NCBI GenBank assembly: GCA_963677485.1
Contig: OY781964.1
Span: forward strand, 2,208,001 to 2,272,000
From: Armatimonadota bacterium
GTDB taxonomy: Bacteria > Armatimonadota > HRBIN16
Direction: 5' to 3'
Length of the DNA stretch: 64,000 nt
The notes under the pieces are model-generated. The model had not been told where the DNA came from, did not search any database, and saw only the letters and a program-made list of their open reading frames with translations. How positions within the stretch are numbered: the stretch's first letter is position 1; each line of letters starts with the position of its first letter. Shown here piece after piece: positions 37,878 through 46,876 of this stretch. Position numbers and translations under genes: made by a program.

Positions 37878-38978
37878 ATGAGCCGCAAAAGACCACTGCT
37901 TCTGGCGCACTACTACACCTGGTACGGCACCCCATGGGGTGCTGCAGGCCGGTGGGACCACTGGCACCAGGGCGACATCGGTGCGGTGAAGTGCCCCAAC
38001 AACGCTGACACGGTGCTGTTCAACCCCGCCCTCCGCGAGATCAGCTCCTGTGCTTACCCGCTCATCGGGCCATACGATAGTATGGATCGCGAAGTCATCC
38101 GCTGGCATATGCGGCTGGCCAAATCGGCGGGTATCGACGTCTTCAGTGTGGACTGGTGGGGCGACGCCGGCTGGCAGGGCGTGCCGCACTGGACCCGCGA
38201 TGTGTTCGAGAAAAGCGTGCTTCCGGTAGCAGAGCAGGAGCATTTCAAAGTTTGCCTGTTTGACGAGTGCCCGCAGTTTGTTGGTGATTTCGAGCAGTGC
38301 ATCACATGGGCCATCCAGTTCCTGAAGCGATATTCTACCAGCCCTGCCTATCTGCGCATCGAAGGCAAGCCGGTCTACTCTATCTACCAGGTATGGGAAG
38401 GTAAAGTCAGCCCGGCGCAGTATCAGCAGTTGGTTCAGCGTGTGGAGGCGGAGTGCGGGCCGGTCTACTGGATCATCGACCGTATGCTCTGCAGAGGGGC
38501 CGCGGGACGTCCGCACGGGGAGCTCTACGCCCCTGAGGAGTGGTTGAAGCAGCCAAAGCTTGATGCCATCAGCGGATACGCCACTTTCAGCAGCTTCCGC
38601 AGCTATGATGTGGATGTCTTAAAAGATATGTATGCTGGTTTCGCCAAACAGGTGCATGCCGCAGGTAAAAAAGTGATGCTGCCGCTACATCCCGGCCACG
38701 ACAACCGCAAGATCAACGCAGACCCCTGGCCAATCCCCCGTCAGGGCGATACCACACTGCGGAACTACTGGAAAGCTGTGGAACAGGCTGAAGCCGACAT
38801 CGCTGTCATCACCAGCTTCAACGAGTGGCCGGAGACGACCGTGGTGGAGCCCAGCCTCAGTTGGCCAGATCCGTATCTTTACTTGAAGACCATCGCTCAG
38901 TTGCGAGGTCGGCGGTTTGTGGCACCTCCACTGCCCCCAATGGCACACCGCGACCCTTTGATGAAGCTTCCTCAATAG
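37878..38978 (+). CDS. GH99 family (endo-alpha-mannosidase-like) glycoside hydrolase
   Basis: HYYTWY, YPLIGPYDS.D, AGID...VDWW, GKPV, PGHD, ITSFNEWPE. Confidence 0.85.
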   Translation: MSRKRPLLLAHYYTWYGTPWGAAGRWDHWHQGDIGAVKCPNNADTVLFNPALREISSCAYPLIGPYDSMDREVIRWHMRLAKSAGIDVFSVDWWGDAGWQGVPHWTRDVFEKSVLPVAEQEHFKVCLFDECPQFVGDFEQCITWAIQFLKRYSTSPAYLRIEGKPVYSIYQVWEGKVSPAQYQQLVQRVEAECGPVYWIIDRMLCRGAAGRPHGELYAPEEWLKQPKLDAISGYATFSSFRSYDVDVLKDMYAGFAKQVHAAGKKVMLPLHPGHDNRKINADPWPIPRQGDTTLRNYWKAVEQAEADIAVITSFNEWPETTVVEPSLSWPDPYLYLKTIAQLRGRRFVAPPLPPMAHRDPLMKLPQ

Positions 38979-39101
38979 GCTGTAGGAGTGTTGGAAAGGC
39001 TGTTCCGCCTTATCTGCCCATATAGATCCACAACATGAATCCTCACCGTGAGCCACTGCATCTAAAACACAGAACAACACATTTCTGGAGGAACCTGAGA
39101 C

Positions 39102-39488
39102 ATGGCTATTACAACAACTATAGATAGTGGCTTCAAATTCACATCCGATGTGCGCGGTATCCCTGTCGTCGTGGATCTACCTGCTGAGCAGGGCGGCACG
39201 AACGAAGGAGCAACCCCACCAGAGCTGCTGGTTGTGGCGTTGAACGCCTGCATCGGCATATACGCTGTGATGTACATGCAGCGTGCTCGGTTGGACACAG
39301 CAGGCCTCAAAATCACCGGTGACTACGTGAAAGCGGCACACCCCACTCGTATCGGCTCCGTCTCGATACAAATAGTGGCGCCTGCCGTATCCGAAGAACA
39401 CAAAGAGGAATTCATGAAGTTTGTGAACAACTGCATGGTTCATAACACCCTTCACCACTGCCCTGAGATCACAATGGATCTGGCATAG
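39102..39488 (+). CDS. OsmC/Ohr family protein
   Basis: GG...G.TPPELL..AL.AC and C.VHNTL motifs; SD GGAGG. Confidence 0.88.
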   Translation: MAITTTIDSGFKFTSDVRGIPVVVDLPAEQGGTNEGATPPELLVVALNACIGIYAVMYMQRARLDTAGLKITGDYVKAAHPTRIGSVSIQIVAPAVSEEHKEEFMKFVNNCMVHNTLHHCPEITMDLA

Positions 39489-39513
39489 TTCCCCCTTTCC
39501 ACGCAGCACCAAT

Positions 39514-39549
39514 ACACCCCCGCCAGACTTGAGTTTGGACGGGGGTGTT
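39514..39549 (+). terminator. Possible terminator hairpin after the OsmC gene
   Basis: acacccccg-ccagact-tg-agtttgg-a-cgggggtgt; weak U-tract. Confidence 0.45.
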
Positions 39550-39657
39550 GACGTAAATGCTCGCTTATAACACGCAAACAAGAACCAATTGCACCATATC
39601 GCGTCCAATAATATAGGTTGACTGATAATAGTTGATATACTTTTAACGGGACACAGA

Positions 39658-40494
39658 ATGATAGATATACAGCATGTTACCGTCTCTTACGACTCGGGAC
39701 CTATGGTTCTAAAGGACGTAAGCCTTCAAATAGATAAGGGTGAATTTGTATTTCTGGTGGGCAGTACAGGCGCCGGAAAATCCACTTTGTTGCGTCTGCT
39801 CACACGCGAAATCGTACCGGATAGCGGCGTGTTAATGGCTGGCGGCCAAAGCCTCGGTGAACTATGTAGCTCTGACTTACCCCAGTACCGCCGCACACTT
39901 GGTGTTGTTTTCCAAAATTACTCGCTGTTGAAGCGCAAGACGGTCTGGGAGAATGTGGCTTATGTGCTGCGCGTATTAGGTATGAGCCGGAAAGAGATTC
40001 GCCGCCGCACCTCACATGCACTTGAACTGGTGGACATGCAGCGTAACAACAACAAGTTTCCAAACCAGCTTTCGGGTGGCGAACAGCAGCGGGTCGCCAT
40101 CGCCCGCGCTTTGGTGAACGACCCCAGCTTGCTGCTGGCCGATGAGCCTACGGGCAGCCTGGATCCTGATACCAGTTGGGAGATCATGGACCTTTTCCGG
40201 CAGATCAACGCACGGGGAACCACGGTGTTGATTGCCAGCCACGACCAGCCGATGGTTGACCGCCTGCGCAAGCGTGTGGTGCGTATGGAAAACGGCCAGA
40301 TCATCAGCGATGTGCCTGAATCACGCTGGGAGCTGAACCTGCCTCGCCTTGAGGATATGCCAGCTTCTCAGATGGAAGACCAGCAGGATGAACCGGTTGA
40401 GCTGCCTGCGGCTGAACCGACAGATGAAAACCCCGAAGCCGTTGAAGTATTAAACCAGCCGGTGACACAAGAGCCGACTGAGGATCAGCAATAG
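39658..40494 (+). CDS. ftsE: Cell division ATP-binding protein FtsE
   Basis: GEFVFLVGSTGAGKST, GVVFQ, LSGGEQQRVAIARA, ADEPTG, INARGTTVLIASH; directly upstream of ftsX. Confidence 0.92.
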   Translation: MIDIQHVTVSYDSGPMVLKDVSLQIDKGEFVFLVGSTGAGKSTLLRLLTREIVPDSGVLMAGGQSLGELCSSDLPQYRRTLGVVFQNYSLLKRKTVWENVAYVLRVLGMSRKEIRRRTSHALELVDMQRNNNKFPNQLSGGEQQRVAIARALVNDPSLLLADEPTGSLDPDTSWEIMDLFRQINARGTTVLIASHDQPMVDRLRKRVVRMENGQIISDVPESRWELNLPRLEDMPASQMEDQQDEPVELPAAEPTDENPEAVEVLNQPVTQEPTEDQQ

Positions 40495-41373
40495 ATGAAT
40501 TTTACAATTATCGAATTCGTGGTACAAGAAGCTTTTGTCAACATGGTTCGCAACAAGCTTATGACACTGGCCGCTGTGGCCACCATGGCCCTAACTCTGG
40601 CCATTCTAGGTGGGTTTGGGGTGATGGGCTGGAAGCTTGAGCGTGAAGTCAACGCGCTGCCTGCTAAGTTTGAAATGAAAGTCTACTTCAAAGACGGCAT
40701 CGACCATAAGCGTGAGCAGGTGGTGCAGAATAAAATCTCACAAAGCCCCCACGTAGCGAAGGTCACATTCACTAGCAAAGAGAAGGCCTGGGATCTGGCA
40801 AAATCGACCTACGATAAAGCCATCACACAGGGTCTGCCTGCCAATCCGCTGACCGATGAACTCAAGGTTCTTCTGAAAGATGCCGCGATGACAGAGGATG
40901 TTTCTTCATGGCTGCGCAACCTGCCAGAAGTTGATGAGGTGGTGGATAGCCGCGACGAAGTGACCATTCTGCTGAAACTTCAAACGGGGCTGCGTGTAGC
41001 CGGAGCCATACTGACTTTGGTCCTGTTGATCGCATCGATAGTCATCATCCACAATACAATCCGACTGACCATTTCAGCTCGCAAAGAAGACATCCGTATC
41101 ATGCAGTTGATTGGTGCGGCTTCGGCCACCATTAGAACACCGTTCGTGCTGGAAGGCGTGGTGCAGGGGCTGCTTGGTGCTGCGGTGGCCTTGGGGTTGC
41201 TTTGGGCGGTCATGGTTGCCATAATGAACTACGTCAAATCAGTCATCCCGTTGGGTATGACCAACAGTCCGGTGCCGATGGGCATTGTGGCGTTGGTGCT
41301 GGCGGTCATTGGCATGTTGATTGGGGGCGTGGTCAGTTCAATGTCTCTACGTCGGTATTTAAAGGAGGGCTAG
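40495..41373 (+). CDS. ftsX: Cell division permease FtsX
   Basis: NTIRLTISARKEDIRIMQLIGA...IRTPFVLEG motif; 4-TM topology. Confidence 0.93.
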   Translation: MNFTIIEFVVQEAFVNMVRNKLMTLAAVATMALTLAILGGFGVMGWKLEREVNALPAKFEMKVYFKDGIDHKREQVVQNKISQSPHVAKVTFTSKEKAWDLAKSTYDKAITQGLPANPLTDELKVLLKDAAMTEDVSSWLRNLPEVDEVVDSRDEVTILLKLQTGLRVAGAILTLVLLIASIVIIHNTIRLTISARKEDIRIMQLIGAASATIRTPFVLEGVVQGLLGAAVALGLLWAVMVAIMNYVKSVIPLGMTNSPVPMGIVALVLAVIGMLIGGVVSSMSLRRYLKEG

Positions 41374-41377
41374 ATAG

Positions 41378-42529
41378 ATGCTCTCACGTCGAGCAACGGT
41401 CGTTCTGTCATTCATCATATGCCTCTGTGTCATCATCGCATCAGGCTGTCCTGCAGCCATTACGAAAACAGCCAAAAAGAAGGTGCTCCACACCAAGCTT
41501 TCCACCGTCAATAAGCAAATTCGGCAGAAGCGGGCCCAAATTCGCCAGGTCAAAAAGACCAAAGCGGTGGTGCATAGCCAGCTCAAGAACATTCAACACG
41601 AACTGAACAATACCCGCCATACCATCCTGACCACACACCAAAAGCTAGTCATCGCCCGTGCGCAATACAACGCCAAAAAGCATGAGCTGGAAGTGATCCG
41701 TCAGCGGCTGAAGGATCGGCAAGCACTGCTGAGCAAGCGTGTACGCGCCAGCTATATGCAGGGAAACACCGGCTACCTGACAGCCATTGTACGCTCCAAG
41801 AACATGAGCCAGTTAGTCAGTCGCTCCTATGTGATAGGGCGCATCGCCAGGTATGACAGCAGCTTGATCCGTCAAATTAAGACCGATGTGGAAGGCGCAC
41901 AGATTGCCGAACGCAGTATGGCCAACAGAAACCGCGAGATTACCAGACTAGAGCAGCAGCTTCAACAAGAAGCGGTCACGCTGAAATCCAAGAGCAACCA
42001 GAAATACGCTGCTCTGAGCGATGTTAAGAGCCAGCAGCGCGAACTGGAGCAATCCCTGGACGAACTAGAAGAGGTTTCTCAGCAGATCACCAGCTCGCTG
42101 CGGGCCATGGAGCAAACACCTGTCGGCCGGCGGATGGCCAAGATGCAGTTTAAAGGCGGCTTTTTGAGGCCTGTTCCTGGGCGCGTGTCTTCTCCGTTTG
42201 GCTGGCGGCGCCACCCCATCCTTGGACGTATGAAGCTGCATACCGGTGTGGACCTGGCTTCCGGTTATGGCACACCCATCCACGCGGCGGCTAGCGGTGT
42301 GGTGGTTTATGCCAGCTACATGCGCGCTTATGGCAATGCGGTTATCATCAACCACGGCGGCGGTGTGACCACGCTATATGGCCATTGCAGTTGGCTGGGT
42401 GTGCGCACCGGTGAGGAAGTCCGTCAGGGGCAAGTGATCGCACGTGTGGGCTCTACCGGTTACAGCACGGGGCCGCACTGCCACTTTGAAGTGCGCCGGC
42501 ACGGCGTACCCGTCTGCCCGCCGTTCTGA
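41378..42529 (+). CDS. Murein hydrolase activator EnvC-like coiled-coil plus M23 peptidase
   Basis: Long coiled coil; HTGVD, YGH, GYSTGPHCHFEVR M23 motifs; follows ftsEX. Confidence 0.9.
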   Translation: MLSRRATVVLSFIICLCVIIASGCPAAITKTAKKKVLHTKLSTVNKQIRQKRAQIRQVKKTKAVVHSQLKNIQHELNNTRHTILTTHQKLVIARAQYNAKKHELEVIRQRLKDRQALLSKRVRASYMQGNTGYLTAIVRSKNMSQLVSRSYVIGRIARYDSSLIRQIKTDVEGAQIAERSMANRNREITRLEQQLQQEAVTLKSKSNQKYAALSDVKSQQRELEQSLDELEEVSQQITSSLRAMEQTPVGRRMAKMQFKGGFLRPVPGRVSSPFGWRRHPILGRMKLHTGVDLASGYGTPIHAAASGVVVYASYMRAYGNAVIINHGGGVTTLYGHCSWLGVRTGEEVRQGQVIARVGSTGYSTGPHCHFEVRRHGVPVCPPF

Positions 42530-42558
42530 TGGTGGTGACCGGCTGAAGGGAAATCTTC

Positions 42559-42591
42559 ACGGCCCGGGGCAGATGCTCCGGGCCGTTTTTT
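42559..42591 (+). terminator. Rho-independent terminator of the ftsEX-envC operon
   Basis: acggcccggggca-ga-tgctccgggccgt followed by a T run. Confidence 0.85.
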
Positions 42592-42730
42592 GCTGGAGGG
42601 GTCAATTGCCCGCATCTGTCGATAAGCACCTGCCCGTGCTGGCACGGCAGCCCAGATTGTAGCTGATGATGTCATGCTGAGGCGATAGAGTGATATGCGA
42701 ATGGCTGTCCGCCTCTATTGCGGCCAAGCA

Positions 42731-42898
42731 TTGCCTATGTCCGGGGCGGTCTGGCAGGATGCTAGCGGATGCAGAAGGCTCAAGACCGCGCCGGTCTGGC
42801 GGAAAGCCATGAAAGATATGTGTCAGGAAAAAGACCGGCGCGGTCTATCGACAGTGGCCTCCGCAGGCGTACTGACAGACCGCCCCGGACATAGCCAA
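42731..42898. mobile_element. Full 168-bp element E, opposite orientation to 11323-11490
   Basis: ttgcctatgtccggggcggtctg...cagaccgccccggacatagccaa; 42671-42730 also matches the reverse complement of 11491-11550. Confidence 0.8.
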
Positions 42899-43009
42899 CC
42901 CAGTTACTTACAAACGACTGGGTTTAATCATCCCATGTATCGTGATTTATCGGTATTTTCATAATCATGACATCCCCTGTTTTGCGGCGGATATGAGTGG
43001 CGGCCTGGT

Positions 43010-43040
43010 TTGACAAAGTCCTTAAGCTCATCTATATAAT
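43010..43040 (+). promoter_or_regulatory. Sigma70-type promoter
   Basis: TTGACA at 43010-43015 and TATAAT at 43035-43040 (19-bp spacer). Confidence 0.5.
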
Positions 43041-43113
43041 GTGATTAGGATACCAAGCAGAATAGAGGGTGAATGATCGCTCTGGAGTCCGTAGTACCCA
43101 ACATACCATCCTA

Positions 43114-43656
43114 ATGAAAAACACCCTGATCAGCCTCATGACACTCATACTCATCACATGCATGTGCGCGCCAGCCGCATGGTCTGCGGATGATGCCGAC
43201 ATGACAAACTGGGTAAAGGCAGGCGGTGCGCTGATACGCATCAGACCGGAGCCGTTGTCCACGATCGACGGCTCAAAGGAGTGGCAGTCGAAGCTGTTTG
43301 GTCCGGCATCGACAGTATTATCCACCTCATGGGAGCAGGCGAAACAACTCGGCAAGGGATATACCCTGTTGATACCGGATGCATATCGCACGCGGAAGGA
43401 GATCGCCGGGGTGATGGACAGACTGCTCTCCGGCATAGGCAGCCTGGGTCTTGGATTCGTCGCCCCGCCACGAGTGTCCGGCGCCCCGGAGCTCTATGGG
43501 TGCCTGATGCAGGCCAGTTTCATGCTCCTGAACGCGAACCCCTCCCCGGTGACGGCAGTGTATGACATACCCCTCCCCGGCGGGAAGCGTATGCCGGGAT
43601 CGGTGTTGATGCCGGGATACTCGAACACGAGGTTGAGTTGGAGCAGTGAGCTGTAA
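43114..43656 (+). CDS. Secreted hypothetical protein
   Basis: Signal peptide MKNTLISLMTLILITCMCAPAAWS; consensus-like promoter upstream. Confidence 0.6.
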   Translation: MKNTLISLMTLILITCMCAPAAWSADDADMTNWVKAGGALIRIRPEPLSTIDGSKEWQSKLFGPASTVLSTSWEQAKQLGKGYTLLIPDAYRTRKEIAGVMDRLLSGIGSLGLGFVAPPRVSGAPELYGCLMQASFMLLNANPSPVTAVYDIPLPGGKRMPGSVLMPGYSNTRLSWSSEL

Positions 43657-43778
43657 GACGGGCAACTGATGCTTAGGTTGGGCCCCGCTTGAAAGGGCCT
43701 CTTCACACGCTCATTCCGCCGTACCACTGAAGATGGTGTTGGTGGCGCATATGAAAACCCCTCCACGGAACTTTACGC

Positions 43779-44579
43779 CTAATGTATCACCATACGCTCC
43801 CATTCTCGGCCAACGGCTTCCAGGAAGGCTAGCGGGTCGCCGATCTGCGATGGCTCAATCGCCAAGGTGCGGGCCAGCGGCTGGGCGATATTCATTGCCA
43901 GATCGCGAGCTACGAAAGGCTGCAGCTCGCTTCTCCGATTTAAAAAATGGCGCAGCGTGCGGTAATCATCCTTCGAAATACGGCTGATATTTGGGATCGC
44001 CTCAGTTGGTAGAACCGTTGACGTTTGTGCGACTGCGGTGTATGCTGTAGATGCAGGCTTAGGGCTGGCCGTCACAGCGTCGGGCACACGCCCCACCTTA
44101 ACTACCAGCGTGCCAGCTACGTAGTCGCCAAGCCGTCGATACTGCGGGCTGAAAAACGCGGATATGATGCCGATGCCGTAGGCTCCGGGTAAACTGTCTA
44201 CGATGCGCATCACGTTCCTGAGCAGCGCCGCACGGAAGTCGATGGGGTGACCTGTGTCGCGGATGACGCGGATGTCAGCATACTTTTTACCTGGAGTTTG
44301 ACCGTTTCGTGCGGCCTCAAAATAGAGGAAATAGCCGCTGAAAAGGACAAAATATACCAGGATGATGACCGCGATTATCCATGGCGACAATGCAGCGACG
44401 TCCTCAAGTTGGCTCAACCAAACAACTCCGCCAAGTGCGAGCGCTACCCAGATGACGATCGCGATGAGTGCCTGAAGCAGCGAGTCGACCAGTATCGCGA
44501 TAAACCGTGAGCCGATACCGGCGAGTTCGAAACGCAATTCAACCTGTTCCGGTGTCATGATAACCACTTCGCGATCCAT
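43779..44579 (-). CDS. RDD family membrane protein
   Basis: TPEQVEL.F.LAG.GSRF.A.LVD, GQTPGK, RN..R.VD, RRLGD.VAGT.V. Confidence 0.93.
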   Translation of the reverse strand: MDREVVIMTPEQVELRFELAGIGSRFIAILVDSLLQALIAIVIWVALALGGVVWLSQLEDVAALSPWIIAVIILVYFVLFSGYFLYFEAARNGQTPGKKYADIRVIRDTGHPIDFRAALLRNVMRIVDSLPGAYGIGIISAFFSPQYRRLGDYVAGTLVVKVGRVPDAVTASPKPASTAYTAVAQTSTVLPTEAIPNISRISKDDYRTLRHFLNRRSELQPFVARDLAMNIAQPLARTLAIEPSQIGDPLAFLEAVGREWERMVIH

Positions 44580-44605
44580 TAGGTATCCTCCAGGGAGCTA
44601 GATTA

Positions 44606-45583
44606 ATGAAACAAACCGAGATAGATACATTTAAAAGACTTGAAGAGACGCTTGGGCGCATTGAGCATGGCGGACTTCACAGCCTGAAGAGCGATGAGCT
44701 ACTCTCATTCGGCTCGTTGTATCGGCGTGCTGCTTCGGCTCTCTCATCTGCCAGAAGCCAGGGCGTTAATGATGCTCAGATTGACTATCTTAACGGGCTG
44801 GTGTCTCGCGCCTACGGCCACATATACGTCAGTAACCCTAAGGGGTGGCCTTCAGTCGCAGCCTTCTTCAAAACAGATTTTCCCCAAACGTTCCGAAAAA
44901 ACCTCTATTTCATCGCCCTTGCGTTTATTATCTCGGTCATAGCGGCCGCTTTCGCCTACGGAGTGGTCAGTAAGGATATCGGTGTCGCCGATATCGTGAT
45001 GGGGCCTGGTGCCTCGGAGACGATAGACGAGGTGGCCAGTCGCCACGAGGGCACCAAAGACTGGATGCCCGCCGAAAAACGTCCGATGATGTCCAGCTTT
45101 ATCATAACCAACAATATCAGGGTGGCGGCTATTGCGTTCGCCACAGGTATCGGTGCTGGCATCGGCACCTTCCTTATTCTATTCTCCAACGGGTTGATGC
45201 TGGGTGTGATTGGTGCCGCTGTCGCTGCACGCGGGGCACATGTAGCGTGGGGCTTTTGGAGCTTCGTGTGGCCGCATGGTGTGATTGAGCTCACGGCGAT
45301 CTTTATCGCAGGCGGAGCAGGGTTGATGCTCGGGTGGGCCGTGTTGAACCCAGGGGACTACTCGCGCGCAAATGCGTTGAAGCTGGCAGGACGAGAAGCG
45401 TTCAAACTGTTGATGGGGGTCACCGCGATGCTAGTGGTGGCTGGCATCATTGAAGGATTTCTATCGCCATCTATGCTGCCTAACCAGGTGAAACTTGCCT
45501 GTGCAGGTGCTATAGGTGTGGCTCAGTTCAGCTACCTGTTTTTGGCGGGTAAGCAGATGCCTCGGAAGCCATCAAGGTTGTAG
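44606..45583 (+). CDS. Stage II sporulation protein M (SpoIIM/DUF95) family membrane protein
   Basis: LYRR....LS.AR...YLN.LV.RA, NNIRVA, NG.MLG, PHGVIELTAI, AGIIEGF.SP. Confidence 0.92.
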   Translation: MKQTEIDTFKRLEETLGRIEHGGLHSLKSDELLSFGSLYRRAASALSSARSQGVNDAQIDYLNGLVSRAYGHIYVSNPKGWPSVAAFFKTDFPQTFRKNLYFIALAFIISVIAAAFAYGVVSKDIGVADIVMGPGASETIDEVASRHEGTKDWMPAEKRPMMSSFIITNNIRVAAIAFATGIGAGIGTFLILFSNGLMLGVIGAAVAARGAHVAWGFWSFVWPHGVIELTAIFIAGGAGLMLGWAVLNPGDYSRANALKLAGREAFKLLMGVTAMLVVAGIIEGFLSPSMLPNQVKLACAGAIGVAQFSYLFLAGKQMPRKPSRL

Positions 45584-45991
45584 ACTTTTCGCGAGGCGAT
45601 TCGGCTTCGCGGAGACGTAACGAGCGTGGCCTGGCGTGGAATCAGTATCAACCGCGGAGGCATCGCTCCAGCAGTTGATTTACTTTTTGACCACCTCCAT
45701 ATAGAGCTTCATGAACATCCTAGCTGCTGCAGGTGGGGTGATGGCCTGCTGGCATTGCGTGTAGAAGCTGAGGTTCGCCGCATCTATGGCTACATGACGT
45801 TATTGAGTGTATGATTTATATTAGTCAACAAAAAGGATACGGGCCTTATGTTGGCGAAATGTAGCATACAGCCAGGCGTGGTCGCTGGATCTAACTGGAC
45901 GCATCAGGCAGCCAGCGATTTACAACTATACGACTAGTTTATGAAGCCGCACGCAGGTTGCTCAAAACAACCTATTACAGGGGGTAACAGT

Positions 45992-46849
45992 ATGGCACAG
46001 GGAATCCTTCGCCCGCTTTCATATGGGGATCTCTTCGATGAGCTATTCGATCTCTACAAAAAGAACTTCATACTTTTTGTGGGCATATCGGCGGTTTTGT
46101 TAATTCCAATTTATGCGATTGGACATGGTATCGGCACGAAAAACGCCATTGATACTACTCAGGTTTTGGCCATTCTTGCTTCGTATGTGATTCTGGCCGT
46201 GACGACATTCGCAGTGGCACAATGCTATCTAGGCAATAAAACCACAATAAAGGATTCGTATAAGGCAGTTGGACGCTCAATCGTACCATTCTTTTTAACA
46301 CTTTTTGGAGTATTATTTCGCATATTGGGTATGAGCCTATTGGCTTCCATACCAATGATGGCGCTAATATTTCTGAAAGTTGATTCCATTTTTGTTTTTA
46401 TTGCTGCATTTATACCCATTGTGCCGTGCATCATGTTGGCCTTTAGGTATGCCTTCGTGTCGCAGGTATTTGTACTTGAAGGAAAGAGGGGTAATGACGG
46501 CAGGTCAAGAAGTGCAACGCTAGCCAGGCATAACACGGGTCGAATATTTGTGGTTTTACTACTGACTACGATCCTAGTGTTAATACTTCAGATGATTTTA
46601 ATGTCACCCATTTTAGCCATTGTGCCAGTGAATTTGGGAAGAACGGCGCTAATCATTACGGGCCTTAGCACCGGTATTGTCACCGCATTGATTGGTCCAA
46701 TACAGATGATGGCATTAGTGTTGTTGTATTACGATATTCGGGTGAGGGAAGAGGGCTTCGACATCCAGATGCTGGCCAGTAATATGGGTATGGCGTTACC
46801 GGCTGCACCGGCTGCACCGAAACCAACGGATCTGAATGGATCATTCTAG
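45992..46849 (+). CDS. Membrane protein of the MoxR/DUF58 cluster (glycerophosphoryl diester phosphodiesterase membrane domain-like)
   Basis: LRPLS.G...D..F.LY..NF N-terminus and LLYYDIRVREEGFDI C-terminus. Confidence 0.8.
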   Translation: MAQGILRPLSYGDLFDELFDLYKKNFILFVGISAVLLIPIYAIGHGIGTKNAIDTTQVLAILASYVILAVTTFAVAQCYLGNKTTIKDSYKAVGRSIVPFFLTLFGVLFRILGMSLLASIPMMALIFLKVDSIFVFIAAFIPIVPCIMLAFRYAFVSQVFVLEGKRGNDGRSRSATLARHNTGRIFVVLLLTTILVLILQMILMSPILAIVPVNLGRTALIITGLSTGIVTALIGPIQMMALVLLYYDIRVREEGFDIQMLASNMGMALPAAPAAPKPTDLNGSF

Positions 46850-46876
46850 GTAACAACCGGAAGCAAGAGGGCATAT

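Noticed and set aside
33146-40497. Two in-frame TAG-ATG junctions (ARH/GH99-like at 33146 and ftsE/ftsX at 40492) suggesting amber readthrough or recoding
   Set aside because: Both upstream proteins look complete, FtsE and FtsX are normally separate, other genes end normally in TAG, and no pyl genes or suppressor tRNA are visible. Translational coupling is sufficient.
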